DNA of 64,000 bases from Pyrinomonadaceae bacterium. GTDB lineage: Bacteria; Acidobacteriota; Blastocatellia; Pyrinomonadales; Pyrinomonadaceae. The translations under genes were made by a program, and so were the position numbers. The stretch covers positions 863,481-927,480 of the forward strand of contig JBKBYA010000001.1 of NCBI GenBank assembly GCA_046313635.1, written 5' to 3'. Shown here piece by piece: positions 45,591 through 54,530 of the stretch; position 1 is the stretch's first letter; every line of letters starts with the position of its first letter. The notes under the pieces are model-generated. The model had not been told where the DNA came from, made no database searches, and saw only the letters and a list, made by a program, of their open reading frames with translations.

Positions 45591-45788
45591 CTAGCTCTCG
45601 GCGTCACCGCGGTCGCCCTGACCTTTTTTGGCCTCGGTCTTGGCGTCTTTTCTGACGTCCTGCGACAGTGAGCGGCCGACGTCGTCACTTTCCTTGAACC
45701 GGCCCTGGTCGTCGCGTCTTACAAACCTTTTATCATCCCCTGTGTCGATCAGCTCGCGTTCACTCCCGCCCTTTTTTCGTTCTGTCAT
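45591..45788 (-). CDS. small hydrophilic conserved-type protein (general-stress-like)
   Basis: GGGAGGA RBS; RELIDTGDDKRFVRRDDQGRFKESDDVGRSLSQD...GQGDRGD is a recognisable small bacterial protein pattern. Confidence 0.8.
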   Translation of the reverse strand: MTERKKGGSERELIDTGDDKRFVRRDDQGRFKESDDVGRSLSQDVRKDAKTEAKKGQGDRGDAES

Positions 45789-45881
45789 CGATCATTCCTC
45801 CCGAATTAAATGGCCGACGAGCGGCTAAGAACACGTTAGCCTTCGCGGCCGAGCTCGCTCGGTATTCTGCAATACGGGAGG

Positions 45882-46352
45882 CTATCGGGCAGAGAATTTG
45901 ACCGGCGCGTTCGGGTTTGCGCGGCAGGGCTCGGTCGAGTCCGCGGCGGCCCGGCGGCGCTGCTCGCGGGCGGCGGGCGTGAGCGTCCGCTCGTCGATCT
46001 TTGCCAGGCCGCACTCGATCTCGCCGACGCGGAGGCGAAGATCGTCGAGCTGCAAGCGCAGCAGATCGAGCTGCGTGCGCATCGTGCTGAGCTCGGAATC
46101 GACACGGCTGCCCGAGCCGATCGTCGTGCCGGGGAATCGCGACTGCTGCTCGACCGAGTTGAGCCGCGACTCGAGCATATAAAATCGCTGCTCGATCTGG
46201 TCGATCCGCCGCTGCAGATACGTGTCGTTCTGCGCCGAGACGGCCGTCGTCAATTGGCCGCCGCTAAACTCCGACATTCCGCCAAACAGAAATGCCGCCG
46301 CCGCGACCACGGCCGCGGCGATCGAAAAACAAAGGGACTTTTTGCGGTTCAT
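45882..46352 (-). CDS. exported coiled-coil hypothetical protein
   Basis: N-terminal hydrophobic segment, two heptad-rich helices, two C-terminal Cys. Confidence 0.7.
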   Translation of the reverse strand: MNRKKSLCFSIAAAVVAAAAFLFGGMSEFSGGQLTTAVSAQNDTYLQRRIDQIEQRFYMLESRLNSVEQQSRFPGTTIGSGSRVDSELSTMRTQLDLLRLQLDDLRLRVGEIECGLAKIDERTLTPAAREQRRRAAADSTEPCRANPNAPVKFSAR

Positions 46353-46555
46353 ACCGCGTTAGTTGACGGCCGGCGGCACGCAGTTGGCCGAAGGTTAGCA
46401 AAAGCGTCTGCTCCGGGCGGCGGAGCCGCGGCATGCAAGACGAGAGGCGAGGCCGTCGCGTTTTCGGCGCGAAAGAAAGTCTTCGATCGTGTGCCAAAGT
46501 ACGCGGCGGCATACCTCGCCGTGCGAAGTGTTTCGCGGCCGCCCCACGATTCACA

Positions 46556-47305
46556 TCAGATCGGAGAGCTCCCGGCGCTCGTGCCGAAAAGCTCCGTTTC
46601 CATCTCGATCGCTTGCGGAAAGAGCACGTTGTTTTCGAGATGAATGTGCTGGTGCAAATCACGCTCGAGGTCTTGGAGGCCGGCGAAAAGTGCCCTGTAA
46701 CTCGGGCATGCCCATTCGGGCGCGGTGTAATCGACCGAAAGGGCCCGAAGATCGCGAAGCAGTTCGCCGGCCCGGTCGTGCTCGTAGAGCATCATCCGGA
46801 TCGGATTCTGCACCGTGCCAAAGTGCGCCAGCGGAGCGGGGAGCCGGCCCGAAGCAGCGGCGTCGAGCTGCTCGATAAAGGGAAAGAGCACCGCCTCTTC
46901 CTTTCGCATATGGACGAGCAGTTCCTCGGCCAGATCGCCAAAGACGTCGCGGATCTCCGCGAGCTCCGGTCGCGTGTCGCCGTGCCGAGACGCCACCTTC
47001 TCGGCGAGCGGCACGAGACGTGCGATCTCAGAGCGTGTAAAGACGTGGTGCTTGTCGATAATTTGCGCGATCAGTTCGGTCGGCGAGAGGCGTTCCGGCG
47101 AACGGACCTCTGGGCCGGCGGCGACAAGCATCGCGTCGAGGCGGGCCTTGACGACCGCCGGGTCGACGCCGGCATTTTGGCACGCCTCGTCAAACGGCAC
47201 GCGGCCGCCGCAGCAAAAGTCGATCTTGTACTCCTCAAAGATGCGGGTGGACAGCGGCGCCTCGAGCGCGATCTCGCGAATGGTTTTGGTTGATAGATCC
47301 TGCAT
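46556..47305 (-). CDS. ric: iron-sulfur cluster repair di-iron protein
   Basis: IDFCCGG (ScdA_N domain), KHH, HMRKEE.VLFP, EHD, HIHLENNVLFP. Confidence 0.95.
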   Translation of the reverse strand: MQDLSTKTIREIALEAPLSTRIFEEYKIDFCCGGRVPFDEACQNAGVDPAVVKARLDAMLVAAGPEVRSPERLSPTELIAQIIDKHHVFTRSEIARLVPLAEKVASRHGDTRPELAEIRDVFGDLAEELLVHMRKEEAVLFPFIEQLDAAASGRLPAPLAHFGTVQNPIRMMLYEHDRAGELLRDLRALSVDYTAPEWACPSYRALFAGLQDLERDLHQHIHLENNVLFPQAIEMETELFGTSAGSSPI

Positions 47306-47356
47306 TGGTAATAATGCCTCCTGCGATCGAGGCTAGCCGGAATGGATGGCCGCGGC

Positions 47357-47372
47357 TGTAACCAAAGTCACC
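47357..47372. promoter_or_regulatory. Crp/Fnr(HcpR/Dnr)-type box upstream of ric
   Basis: TGTAA-CCAAAG-TCACC versus consensus TGTGA-N6-TCACA. Confidence 0.45.
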
Positions 47373-47406
47373 GGACGAGAGATCTTTTTGATAGAGAATT
47401 TGTGAT

Positions 47407-47766
47407 ATGAAACTCAGGATCAGAGGCAATTCGATCAGGCTGCGGCTTTCGCAGGGCGAGGTCGAGCGTTTTGCGGCCGACGGCGTCGTCGAAGACTCGA
47501 CACAGTTCGGCGAGTCGTCGCTGCGCTACGCTCTCGAGGCGTCGGACGCGGCGGGCGAGATATTCGCCGGCTTTACCAACGGAAGGATCTGCGTGACCGT
47601 GCCGCGCAAGACCGCGCTCGAGTGGGCCGCCGGCGACGCCGTCGGGATCGGGTCAAATGACGCGGTGCCGCGCGTGCTTGTCGAAAAGGATTTTGTATGT
47701 CTCTCGCCGCGGCAGGGAGAGGACGAGAGCGATATGTTCCCAAATCCCGCCGGCAAGAGCTGCTGA
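47407..47766 (+). CDS. conserved hypothetical protein
   Basis: MKLRIRGNSIRLRL..EV...VEKDF.CL...D.FPNP, a recognisable conserved DUF-type protein. Confidence 0.85.
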   Translation: MKLRIRGNSIRLRLSQGEVERFAADGVVEDSTQFGESSLRYALEASDAAGEIFAGFTNGRICVTVPRKTALEWAAGDAVGIGSNDAVPRVLVEKDFVCLSPRQGEDESDMFPNPAGKSC

Positions 47767-47993
47767 CGCGACGAAGCATCACTTACCTGCCCAAACAGGA
47801 GGCCGACGAGTCTTGCCCGAAAGCTCCGTCGGAGGCTTAAGCGGAGAATCGTGCGACGATCGGCGCCCGAAGGCCGCGGCGGCATTTGGTTCTTGGTCGT
47901 CGGTCTCGAGCGCCAGGCGCCTGACCATCGCCCGCCGCTCGCCGTCGGGGCATTCAAACAGCAGCCCGATCGGTCGCCATTCGGCTGATCGCT

Positions 47994-48518
47994 TCAAGAG
48001 TTCGGTGTGCATATCGCCTTATTCTCATTTTCGCGACCGGTCGGGCCCGGCCACGCCGGCCGCTCGAGCGAGGCAATAACGGCGCGGCGTTCGTCCTCGC
48101 TCATTGCGATGGCGTCAAGGGCAGGGAATAGATGCTCGCGTTCGCGGTTGTCGTGATGGCTCGCTAGCCGCTTGTAAAAGGCCTCGCGGTCGAGCAGCCG
48201 GATGATGAGCGGCTCGCGCTCGGTTTCGCTCTTAAGCCGCTCGAGGTTTTCTAAAAACAGCGTGACGTGAGCTCGCATCTTGTCATGCTCATCGAGCATC
48301 AGCTTGACGCCGCCGGCCGGCCGGATCTCGGCATGCGTAGCGTACATCGGGAGGAGCACGTCCTCTTCGTCTCTCATATGCGCGAGCAGAAGCGTCTCGT
48401 ACCGACGCAGCAGAGAGGCCGCGAGTTCCAGATCAAAGTGCAGCAACGCGTACTGATGCTCGGCAAAGAGCCTCTCAAGCTCGGTGTGAACGTCGAGTAT
48501 TTGCGAAAAGGTTGTCAT
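47994..48518 (-). CDS. hemerythrin/HHE domain protein
   Basis: H..HMRDEEDVLLP, EHDK, HHDNREREHLFP. Confidence 0.88.
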   Translation of the reverse strand: MTTFSQILDVHTELERLFAEHQYALLHFDLELAASLLRRYETLLLAHMRDEEDVLLPMYATHAEIRPAGGVKLMLDEHDKMRAHVTLFLENLERLKSETEREPLIIRLLDREAFYKRLASHHDNREREHLFPALDAIAMSEDERRAVIASLERPAWPGPTGRENENKAICTPNS

Positions 48519-48668
48519 CCCTTTGCCGGCGATCGGGTCCACCGGCCGTGAACTCGATCGGCATTGGCTTGCTCCAGAGTTATTGCCGGCGGCTTGGACG
48601 TCCCCGCGCGAGGCGCCGGCGAGATACGGTCGATCGTGCCGATTCTATTTAAAGCCCTGCGTCGCAAG

Positions 48669-48686
48669 TTATGATCCAGATCATAA
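48669..48686. promoter_or_regulatory. Fnr/Dnr-like palindrome between divergent hemerythrin and reductase genes
   Basis: TTATGAT-CCAG-ATCATAA, perfect 7-bp arms; resembles TTGAT-N4-ATCAA. Confidence 0.6.
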
Positions 48687-48899
48687 AAGCGTGATCTGTC
48701 GCGACAAGCGATCGATCAAGGGCCAAGAGCGGCCGCCGCGAGGCGAAATAATCCGCGGTCTGCGCGAACAAGCTCGCAAGAGCTGACGATGCCGCGATGC
48801 GACGCGCCGCTTTTCGGACGGTAAACACGAGGTCCCGTCGTGCCCGGCCGTGCCGAGCTCAGCGGCCCGGCACTTGCAAATGCGCCGATACTTCGACGT

Positions 48900-49982
48900 A
48901 TGGGACACACCGCTATCAGCGCCGACGGAAAGATCGATCACAGACGAGCGACGCTTATCGGCATCGGCGCTTCCGCTCTGTTAACGCTGCTTGTCATCGT
49001 CGGCTCGCGCAATCTTGAGCACTTTGACCCGGCGCTTTTCGGCTATACGGTCGCGAGCGTCATCGCTCTCGGAGCGATCGCGTTTCGCTATGCGATCTGG
49101 CTGCAGCGGCCGGCGACGCGGGCCTACTTTTGGCGAGGGCTCGATCTCTTCTTTCAACGCCGCAAGTTTGCGAGGAATGTCGGCGCCGCTGCCGGCACGA
49201 TAGCGTCGAGCCTCGTCGAGCAGCGGTTCATATTCAAGCGAAGCAAGATGCGCTGGCTGATGCACCAGCTCATTATGTGGGGCTGCGTGATCGCCGCGGC
49301 GATCACGTTCCCGCTGTTCTTCGGCTGGGTGCATTTTCAGCTCGAGGGCAAGAGGGTGTATCGCATGTATCTCTTCGGCTTTCCGACGGCGGCGCTCGAC
49401 GGGCGCAGCGTGCTCGCGTGGATCCAGTTTCACGCGCTCGACTTTTCGGCGCTGATGGTGATCGCGGGCTGCGCGATCGCGATCCATCGGCGGCTGACCG
49501 ATCGCGGAGCGATCGCGCTGCAGACGTTCCTGCTCGACTTTACGCCGCACCTGCTGCTGATCGCGATATCGGTCTCAGGACTGATGCTGACCGCTTCGAG
49601 CCTTTGGTTCGACGGTTATATGTACGCCTTCATCGCGCTGTCGCACCAGGCGCTGGTGATCATGACGCTGTTTTACCTGCCATTCGGCAAGCTGTTTCAC
49701 ATCATCCAGCGGCCGGCGTCGATAGGCGTCGAGCTCTACCAGGCGCGGGTCCGCGAGATGGAGCAGGCCGTCTGCCCGCAATGCGGCACGATGTTCGTAG
49801 GCAAGCTCTGGATCGACGATCTTAAGGAGGTCGTCGAACGCCTCGGCTTTGATTATCGAATGGAGAACGGCCACACGCTGCAGGACTACTGCCCGCGCTG
49901 CAAACGCATAATGCGCGGCCTGGCGTACGCCGATCTGCCTTCAAAGCGCGAAGAGGTTTTTCACGGCTCGCGAGCCGAGTAG
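48900..49982 (+). CDS. NarI/cytochrome b-like membrane subunit with C-terminal CxxC...CxxC
   Basis: About 7 TM segments; RWLMHQLIMWG, FHALD, SHQ and LPFGKLFHIIQRP (NarI-type PFxKxxH); CPQC and CPRC. Confidence 0.7.
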   Translation: MGHTAISADGKIDHRRATLIGIGASALLTLLVIVGSRNLEHFDPALFGYTVASVIALGAIAFRYAIWLQRPATRAYFWRGLDLFFQRRKFARNVGAAAGTIASSLVEQRFIFKRSKMRWLMHQLIMWGCVIAAAITFPLFFGWVHFQLEGKRVYRMYLFGFPTAALDGRSVLAWIQFHALDFSALMVIAGCAIAIHRRLTDRGAIALQTFLLDFTPHLLLIAISVSGLMLTASSLWFDGYMYAFIALSHQALVIMTLFYLPFGKLFHIIQRPASIGVELYQARVREMEQAVCPQCGTMFVGKLWIDDLKEVVERLGFDYRMENGHTLQDYCPRCKRIMRGLAYADLPSKREEVFHGSRAE

Positions 49983-49987
49983 ATCAC

Positions 49988-50048
49988 GTTCAGAGTTTAT
50001 GGTTCAGGGTTCCGAGCAAGAAGAAGAAATGCTCTGAACGCCGAACTC
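49988..50048. repeat. degenerate inverted heptamer array
   Basis: GTTCAGA GTTTATG GTTCAGG GTTCCGAGC ... GCTCTGAAC GCCGAAC. Confidence 0.5.
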
Positions 50049-50055
50049 GATTTCA

Positions 50056-52311
50056 ATGAGCAAAGTTCAAAATTTAGACAAGATCATCGAGCGGTTCGGG
50101 CCGCATCTGCACGACTCGCCGGCCGAGGGCTGGGCCGCGGACCGCGTCATCGACCGGATGGTGCCGACGCACTGCCCGTACTGCGCCGTGCAGTGCGGGA
50201 TGTACCTGCTGGTCGCTGAAAACAAGGTCGTCGGCTTTGAGCCGCGGTACGACTTTCCGGTCAACGAGGGCCGTTTGTGTCCAAAGGGCGTGACGGCCTA
50301 CCTGCAGACCCACCATCCCGACCGTCTCGAATATCCACTGATAAAGCGCAACGGCGAATTTGTCCGCATCGGCTGGGATGAAGCGCTCGATACCATCGCG
50401 GCAAGGTTTCAGGAGATCCAGGCAAAGTACGGCAAGGACGCGATCGGCGTCTATTCGGGCTCGAGTTTGACGACCGAGAAGACCTACCTGATGGGCAAGT
50501 TTGCCCGCGCGGGGCTCGGCACGCGCTACATCGATTACAACGGCCGGCTGTGCATGGTGAGCGCGGCGGCGGGCAACAACAAGGCCTTTGGCGTCGATCG
50601 CGCGGCAAATCCGTGGGCCGACATTCCGCTGGCCGAGGTGCTCATCATCGCGGGCTCGAACTGCGCCGAGACGTTTCCGGTGCTCAACAAGTTCCTCTGG
50701 CAGCAGCGCGACAACGGCGGCCGCTGGATCGTCATCGACCCGCGCGCGACGTCGACGGCGCGGCAGGGCGATATTCACCTGCAGCTCAAGCCCGGCACCG
50801 ACGTCGCCGTCGCTAACGGGATGCTCAACGTGATCGTCCGCGAGGGTCTGATCGACGAGGAGTTCATCGCCGCTCACACGAACGACTGGGAAGCCACGCG
50901 CGACACCGTGCTCAAATACACGCCCGACATCGCGTCGCAGATCTCCGGCGTGCCGGCCGCGAAGATCGAGGCGGCCGGGCTGCTGTACGGCCGCGCCCGA
51001 ACGGGGATGATCATGCACGCCCGCGGCATCGAGCACCACACGAACGGCGTCGACAACGTTCTGTCGTACATCAATATCGTCCTCGCCACCGGAAAGATCG
51101 GTTCGCCCGGCCGCGGCTACGGAACGATCACAGGTCAGGGCAACGGGCAGGGCGGCCGCGAACACGGGCAAAAGGCCGACCAGCTGCCGGGCCAGCGTTC
51201 GATGCTGAATCCCGAGCATCGCCGTCACATCTGCGAGATCTGGGGACTGCCCGAGGACGAGATGCCCGCGGCCGGCGTGTCGGTCGTCGAGATGTTTGAC
51301 CTGATGCGCGCGGGCGAGATCAAGGGATTTTTATCGCTGTGCAACAACGGGATGGTCTCGCTGCCCGATACCAATAAGATCCGTGAGTCGCTCGAGGGAC
51401 TCGAGTTCAATGTGAACATCGACTTTTTTATGAGCGAGGCTTCGCGATACGCCGACATCGTCCTGCCCGGCACGACCTGGGCCGAGGACGAGGGCGTCAC
51501 CGCCAACGGCGAAGCGCGCGTCGTCAAGATCAACAAGGCGATCGACCCGCCGGGCGAGGCGAGGCCCGACTGGTGGATCGTGCAGGAGATCGCGCGGCGG
51601 ATGGGCCGCGGAAAGTATTTTAACTTCAGCAGCCCGCGCGAGATCTTTGACGAGCTGCGCATCGCTTCTCGCGGAGGTACCGCCGATTACTACGGCATCA
51701 CGTACGAAAAGATCGAGCGGCAGAAGGGCGTGATGTGGCCGTGCCCGACCGAGGAGCACACGGGCACGCCGCGGATGTTCGAGGGCGGACGATTCTATCA
51801 TCCGGACGGCCGTGCAAGGTTTCACCCGATCGAGTACAAAGGCCCGGCCGAGGTCCCGGATGCAGAGTACCCTCTCGTGCTCACGACCGGCCGCGTCGTC
51901 TATCAATACCTCTCGGGCAATCAGACGCGGCGGATCAAGTTCCTGGTCGATCAGTGCCCCGAGCCGTACGTCGAGATCCATCCCGAGACCGCGGCCGCGC
52001 TTAACATAAACGACGGCGAGCGCGTCAAGGTCGTCTCGCGCCGCGGCGAGGGCATCTTTCCCGCACTCGTCGTCAAGACGATCAGGCGCGACACGATATT
52101 CATCCCGTATCACTGGGGCGAGCAGATGGCCGCCAACCAGCTCACAAATCCGAAGCTCGACCCGACGTCAAAGATCCCCGAGTACAAGGCCTGCGCCGCG
52201 CGGGTCGAAAAGATCCATTCGCGCGAGCTGCCGATACTCGGCCAAGGCCGCCGCGGCGTAAGCCAGAGCGAGGTTCAAAAGGGCAGGGAGCACATAGGGA
52301 ACCGCAAATGA
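50056..52311 (+). CDS. molybdopterin oxidoreductase catalytic subunit, Nas/Nap-type nitrate reductase-like, cytoplasmic
   Basis: CPYCAVQC...LCPKG [4Fe-4S] motif, GRLCMVSA Cys Mo ligand, TGQGNGQGGRE, LTTGR; no Tat signal. Confidence 0.85.
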   Translation: MSKVQNLDKIIERFGPHLHDSPAEGWAADRVIDRMVPTHCPYCAVQCGMYLLVAENKVVGFEPRYDFPVNEGRLCPKGVTAYLQTHHPDRLEYPLIKRNGEFVRIGWDEALDTIAARFQEIQAKYGKDAIGVYSGSSLTTEKTYLMGKFARAGLGTRYIDYNGRLCMVSAAAGNNKAFGVDRAANPWADIPLAEVLIIAGSNCAETFPVLNKFLWQQRDNGGRWIVIDPRATSTARQGDIHLQLKPGTDVAVANGMLNVIVREGLIDEEFIAAHTNDWEATRDTVLKYTPDIASQISGVPAAKIEAAGLLYGRARTGMIMHARGIEHHTNGVDNVLSYINIVLATGKIGSPGRGYGTITGQGNGQGGREHGQKADQLPGQRSMLNPEHRRHICEIWGLPEDEMPAAGVSVVEMFDLMRAGEIKGFLSLCNNGMVSLPDTNKIRESLEGLEFNVNIDFFMSEASRYADIVLPGTTWAEDEGVTANGEARVVKINKAIDPPGEARPDWWIVQEIARRMGRGKYFNFSSPREIFDELRIASRGGTADYYGITYEKIERQKGVMWPCPTEEHTGTPRMFEGGRFYHPDGRARFHPIEYKGPAEVPDAEYPLVLTTGRVVYQYLSGNQTRRIKFLVDQCPEPYVEIHPETAAALNINDGERVKVVSRRGEGIFPALVVKTIRRDTIFIPYHWGEQMAANQLTNPKLDPTSKIPEYKACAARVEKIHSRELPILGQGRRGVSQSEVQKGREHIGNRK

Positions 52312-52952
52312 AAGAGACAATGTTCATCGACCCGCAGCGATGCATCGGCTGCCGCTCGTGTGTGGCGGCGTGCCGCGAGTGCTCGACGCACAAAGGCTTT
52401 TCGATGATCTTCGTCGATCACATCGACCGCGCCGAGTCGACCGCGACGATGCCGACCGTCTGCATGCACTGCAGCGAGCCGACGTGCGCGCTCGTCTGCC
52501 CGGCCGACGCGATCAAGATGAATGAGGACGGCATCGTGATGTCGGCCCTCAAGCCGCGATGCCTCGACTGCCGCAACTGCGTCAACGCGTGCCCCTTCGG
52601 CGTGCCGAAGTACAACTCGCAGATGCACCTGCAGATGAAGTGCGACATGTGCTGGGACCGCACGTCCGAGGGCCTCAAGCCGATGTGCGCGAGCGTCTGC
52701 CCGACCGGAGCCTTATCATTCGGGACCTACGAGCAGATCGTCCCGCTGCGTCGGACAAAACCGGTTAACGCGCACGTCTTCGGCAACCAGCGCGTCGAGA
52801 CACGGGTTTACCTGATGCTGCCGACCGACGCCGACGAAGTGACGGTCGACGGCTGCGGCGTCTTTGAGGGCCGCGTCGGCGTCGACCCGGCCGTCCAGGA
52901 AAGCTGGATCGAGATGCAGGTCGAGGAGACGGATAAGAGCAACGAGTTTTGA
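52308..52952 (+). CDS. 4x[4Fe-4S] electron-transfer subunit (DmsB/NrfC-like)
   Basis: CIGCRSCVAAC, CMHCSEPTCALVCP, CLDCRNCVNACP, KCDMC...CASVCP. Confidence 0.93.
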   Translation: MKETMFIDPQRCIGCRSCVAACRECSTHKGFSMIFVDHIDRAESTATMPTVCMHCSEPTCALVCPADAIKMNEDGIVMSALKPRCLDCRNCVNACPFGVPKYNSQMHLQMKCDMCWDRTSEGLKPMCASVCPTGALSFGTYEQIVPLRRTKPVNAHVFGNQRVETRVYLMLPTDADEVTVDGCGVFEGRVGVDPAVQESWIEMQVEETDKSNEF

Positions 52953-52959
52953 GAAAGCC

Positions 52960-53131
52960 GTTAGTTCTTGGTTTTTTGTTTTTGGTTTTTGCTCTTGTAT
53001 TAGGTGAGCGATGTACCTGCGGGCCGGCCCGAGATCCGTAGTACGGACCAGAGACAATGACCAAGAACAATAGACGACAAACCATAAACCAACGACAGAG
53101 GCCCAAGGACCATTGATAAAGCCCAACAACC
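52960..53131. repeat. degenerate inverted heptamer arrays
   Basis: T-rich TTCTTGG TTTTTTG TTTTTGG arm, a spacer, then an A-rich arm of about 11 heptamers (GACCAAG/AACAATA/GACAAAC-type). Confidence 0.6.
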
Positions 53132-53132
53132 G

Positions 53133-53708
53133 ATGAATTCAAATCTATCCGACACGATCGACAAGGTCCTTTCGGACGAGCGCGATGTCAGAGAGGCCAC
53201 GGCCCCGCATCAGGCCGAGTTCCCGTACGAGCGCGACGGCGAAGCTCAGGTGACGCGGCGCGAATTCTGCAACTTTCTATTTCTGACATCTACGGCCCTT
53301 GCCGTCAGCACGGCAGGTGTCGCGGGAAAGGCGGCCTACGACCGCGCGAGCAAAGCGACCTACGCACCCTTAAAGATCGAGGGCGCCGAGACGCTGACGC
53401 CGGGCAGCTCGCTCAACTTCTTTTACCCCGGCGAGAATGACACCGCGATCCTCGTCAGAGCGCACGACGGGCAGTACTACGCCTACGGCCAAAAGTGCAC
53501 CCACCTGACATGCCCGGTCTACTACTCTAAGACCGAGAACCGGCTCGAGTGTCCTTGTCACGAGGGCGGCTTCGACGTGCACACGGGCAGCGTTGTTTAC
53601 GGCCCGCCGCCGAGGCCGCTGGACAAGGTCGTCATCGAGGTCCGCGCCGGCGGCGAGGTGTGGGCCATCGATCTGATCAAGGGAGGTCACGACGATGACC
53701 ACGTTTAA
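53133..53708 (+). CDS. Rieske [2Fe-2S] protein with Tat-like anchor
   Basis: VTRREF twin-arginine motif plus TM segment; CTHLTC and CPCHEG boxes. Confidence 0.92.
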   Translation: MNSNLSDTIDKVLSDERDVREATAPHQAEFPYERDGEAQVTRREFCNFLFLTSTALAVSTAGVAGKAAYDRASKATYAPLKIEGAETLTPGSSLNFFYPGENDTAILVRAHDGQYYAYGQKCTHLTCPVYYSKTENRLECPCHEGGFDVHTGSVVYGPPPRPLDKVVIEVRAGGEVWAIDLIKGGHDDDHV

Positions 53709-54045
53709 CCAGCGCTCGGACGAGCAAGGCCGGCACAGATCGGACGAAGCCTGCGGCCCGAACCGGACGCCGCGATCCTCAGCCGGCTCCCGGCGTGCTG
53801 CCGCCGGCCGCGGGAGCACCGCGATCTGGCAGGCCCGCCTCGTTCTGTTTGTGATGATCAATATCGCTCAGTTGTGGATACTCTCCGCGGCGATCGAGGC
53901 CGCGCTCGCTGGCCATTACGGGCAGCTCGTTCCCCTCGTCGCTGCATCGTTCGCGTGCTGGGCCATCGCATTGACGATCTTCCTCTGGTGGAAGCCGGCC
54001 GCTTCACGCCGCAGCGCCAGCACGGGCTTTGTCGCGAAAAAATGA
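53695..54045 (+). CDS. small 2-TM protein (DUF6755-like)
   Basis: GGAGG RBS; AQLWILSAAIEAALAG...AASFAC; overlaps both neighbours. Confidence 0.7.
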   Translation: MTTFNQRSDEQGRHRSDEACGPNRTPRSSAGSRRAAAGRGSTAIWQARLVLFVMINIAQLWILSAAIEAALAGHYGQLVPLVAASFACWAIALTIFLWWKPAASRRSASTGFVAKK

Positions 54046-54251
54046 AACGTAGGATCGCCGGATACGACAAAGACGACGAGGGGCACTGGCGAGCCCTCCT
54101 CGAGTGCGGCCACCTTCAGCACGTCCGACACCAGCCGCCGATGACGGACCGCGAATGGGTAATGACCGCAGACGGCCGCGCTTCGCGTATCGGTTGCGAA
54201 CTCGAGTGCAGGAAGTGTGACGAAGGCGCGCCGCCGGACGTCGCGACCTAG
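54042..54251 (+). CDS. DUF3565-like small Zn-binding protein
   Basis: DDEGHW.A.LECGH.QHVRH.PP...W....GR......L.C.KCD; ATGA overlap with the upstream gene. Confidence 0.82.
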   Translation: MKRRIAGYDKDDEGHWRALLECGHLQHVRHQPPMTDREWVMTADGRASRIGCELECRKCDEGAPPDVAT

Positions 54252-54347
54252 GCCGGGCATCTGTCGTTCGAATGCAGGCCGGGTCCGCCTCAGCGAGATC
54301 GCGAACCGGCAGCCAACCCTCCGGCGGCCGCGACATGATAAGCACGG

Positions 54348-54390
54348 GAAAAAAGACCACGAAATATTTCGCGGTCTTTTTTCTTTTTTT
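54348..54390. terminator. intrinsic terminator
   Basis: GAAAAAAGACCACGAAA-TA-TTTCGCGGTCTTTTTTC followed by a T-run. Confidence 0.75.
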
Positions 54391-54467
54391 CGCGGCCCGG
54401 TGCCGCCTCGCCGGTCCTTAACATTTCATCGCCCTGTATTTTATTGCGTTTCGCCGCCTCCGTCCGG

Positions 54468-54482
54468 CGGCACGTCCGTTGC
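54468..54482 (+). promoter_or_regulatory. sigma-54 promoter motif upstream of narK operon
   Basis: CGGCACGTCCGTTGC; 14 nt identical to the 5687 motif; 48 nt upstream of the ATG. Confidence 0.6.
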
Positions 54483-54530
54483 CGAAGCGATTCGATTTAG
54501 GGTCGACGGTCCTGTCACCGCAGAAAGGAA

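Noticed and set aside
46375..46389. GG-N10-GC sigma-54-like sequence (GGCACGCAGTTGGC)
   Set aside because: It points away from the adjacent gene start and has no plus-strand gene nearby; likely chance in GC-rich DNA.
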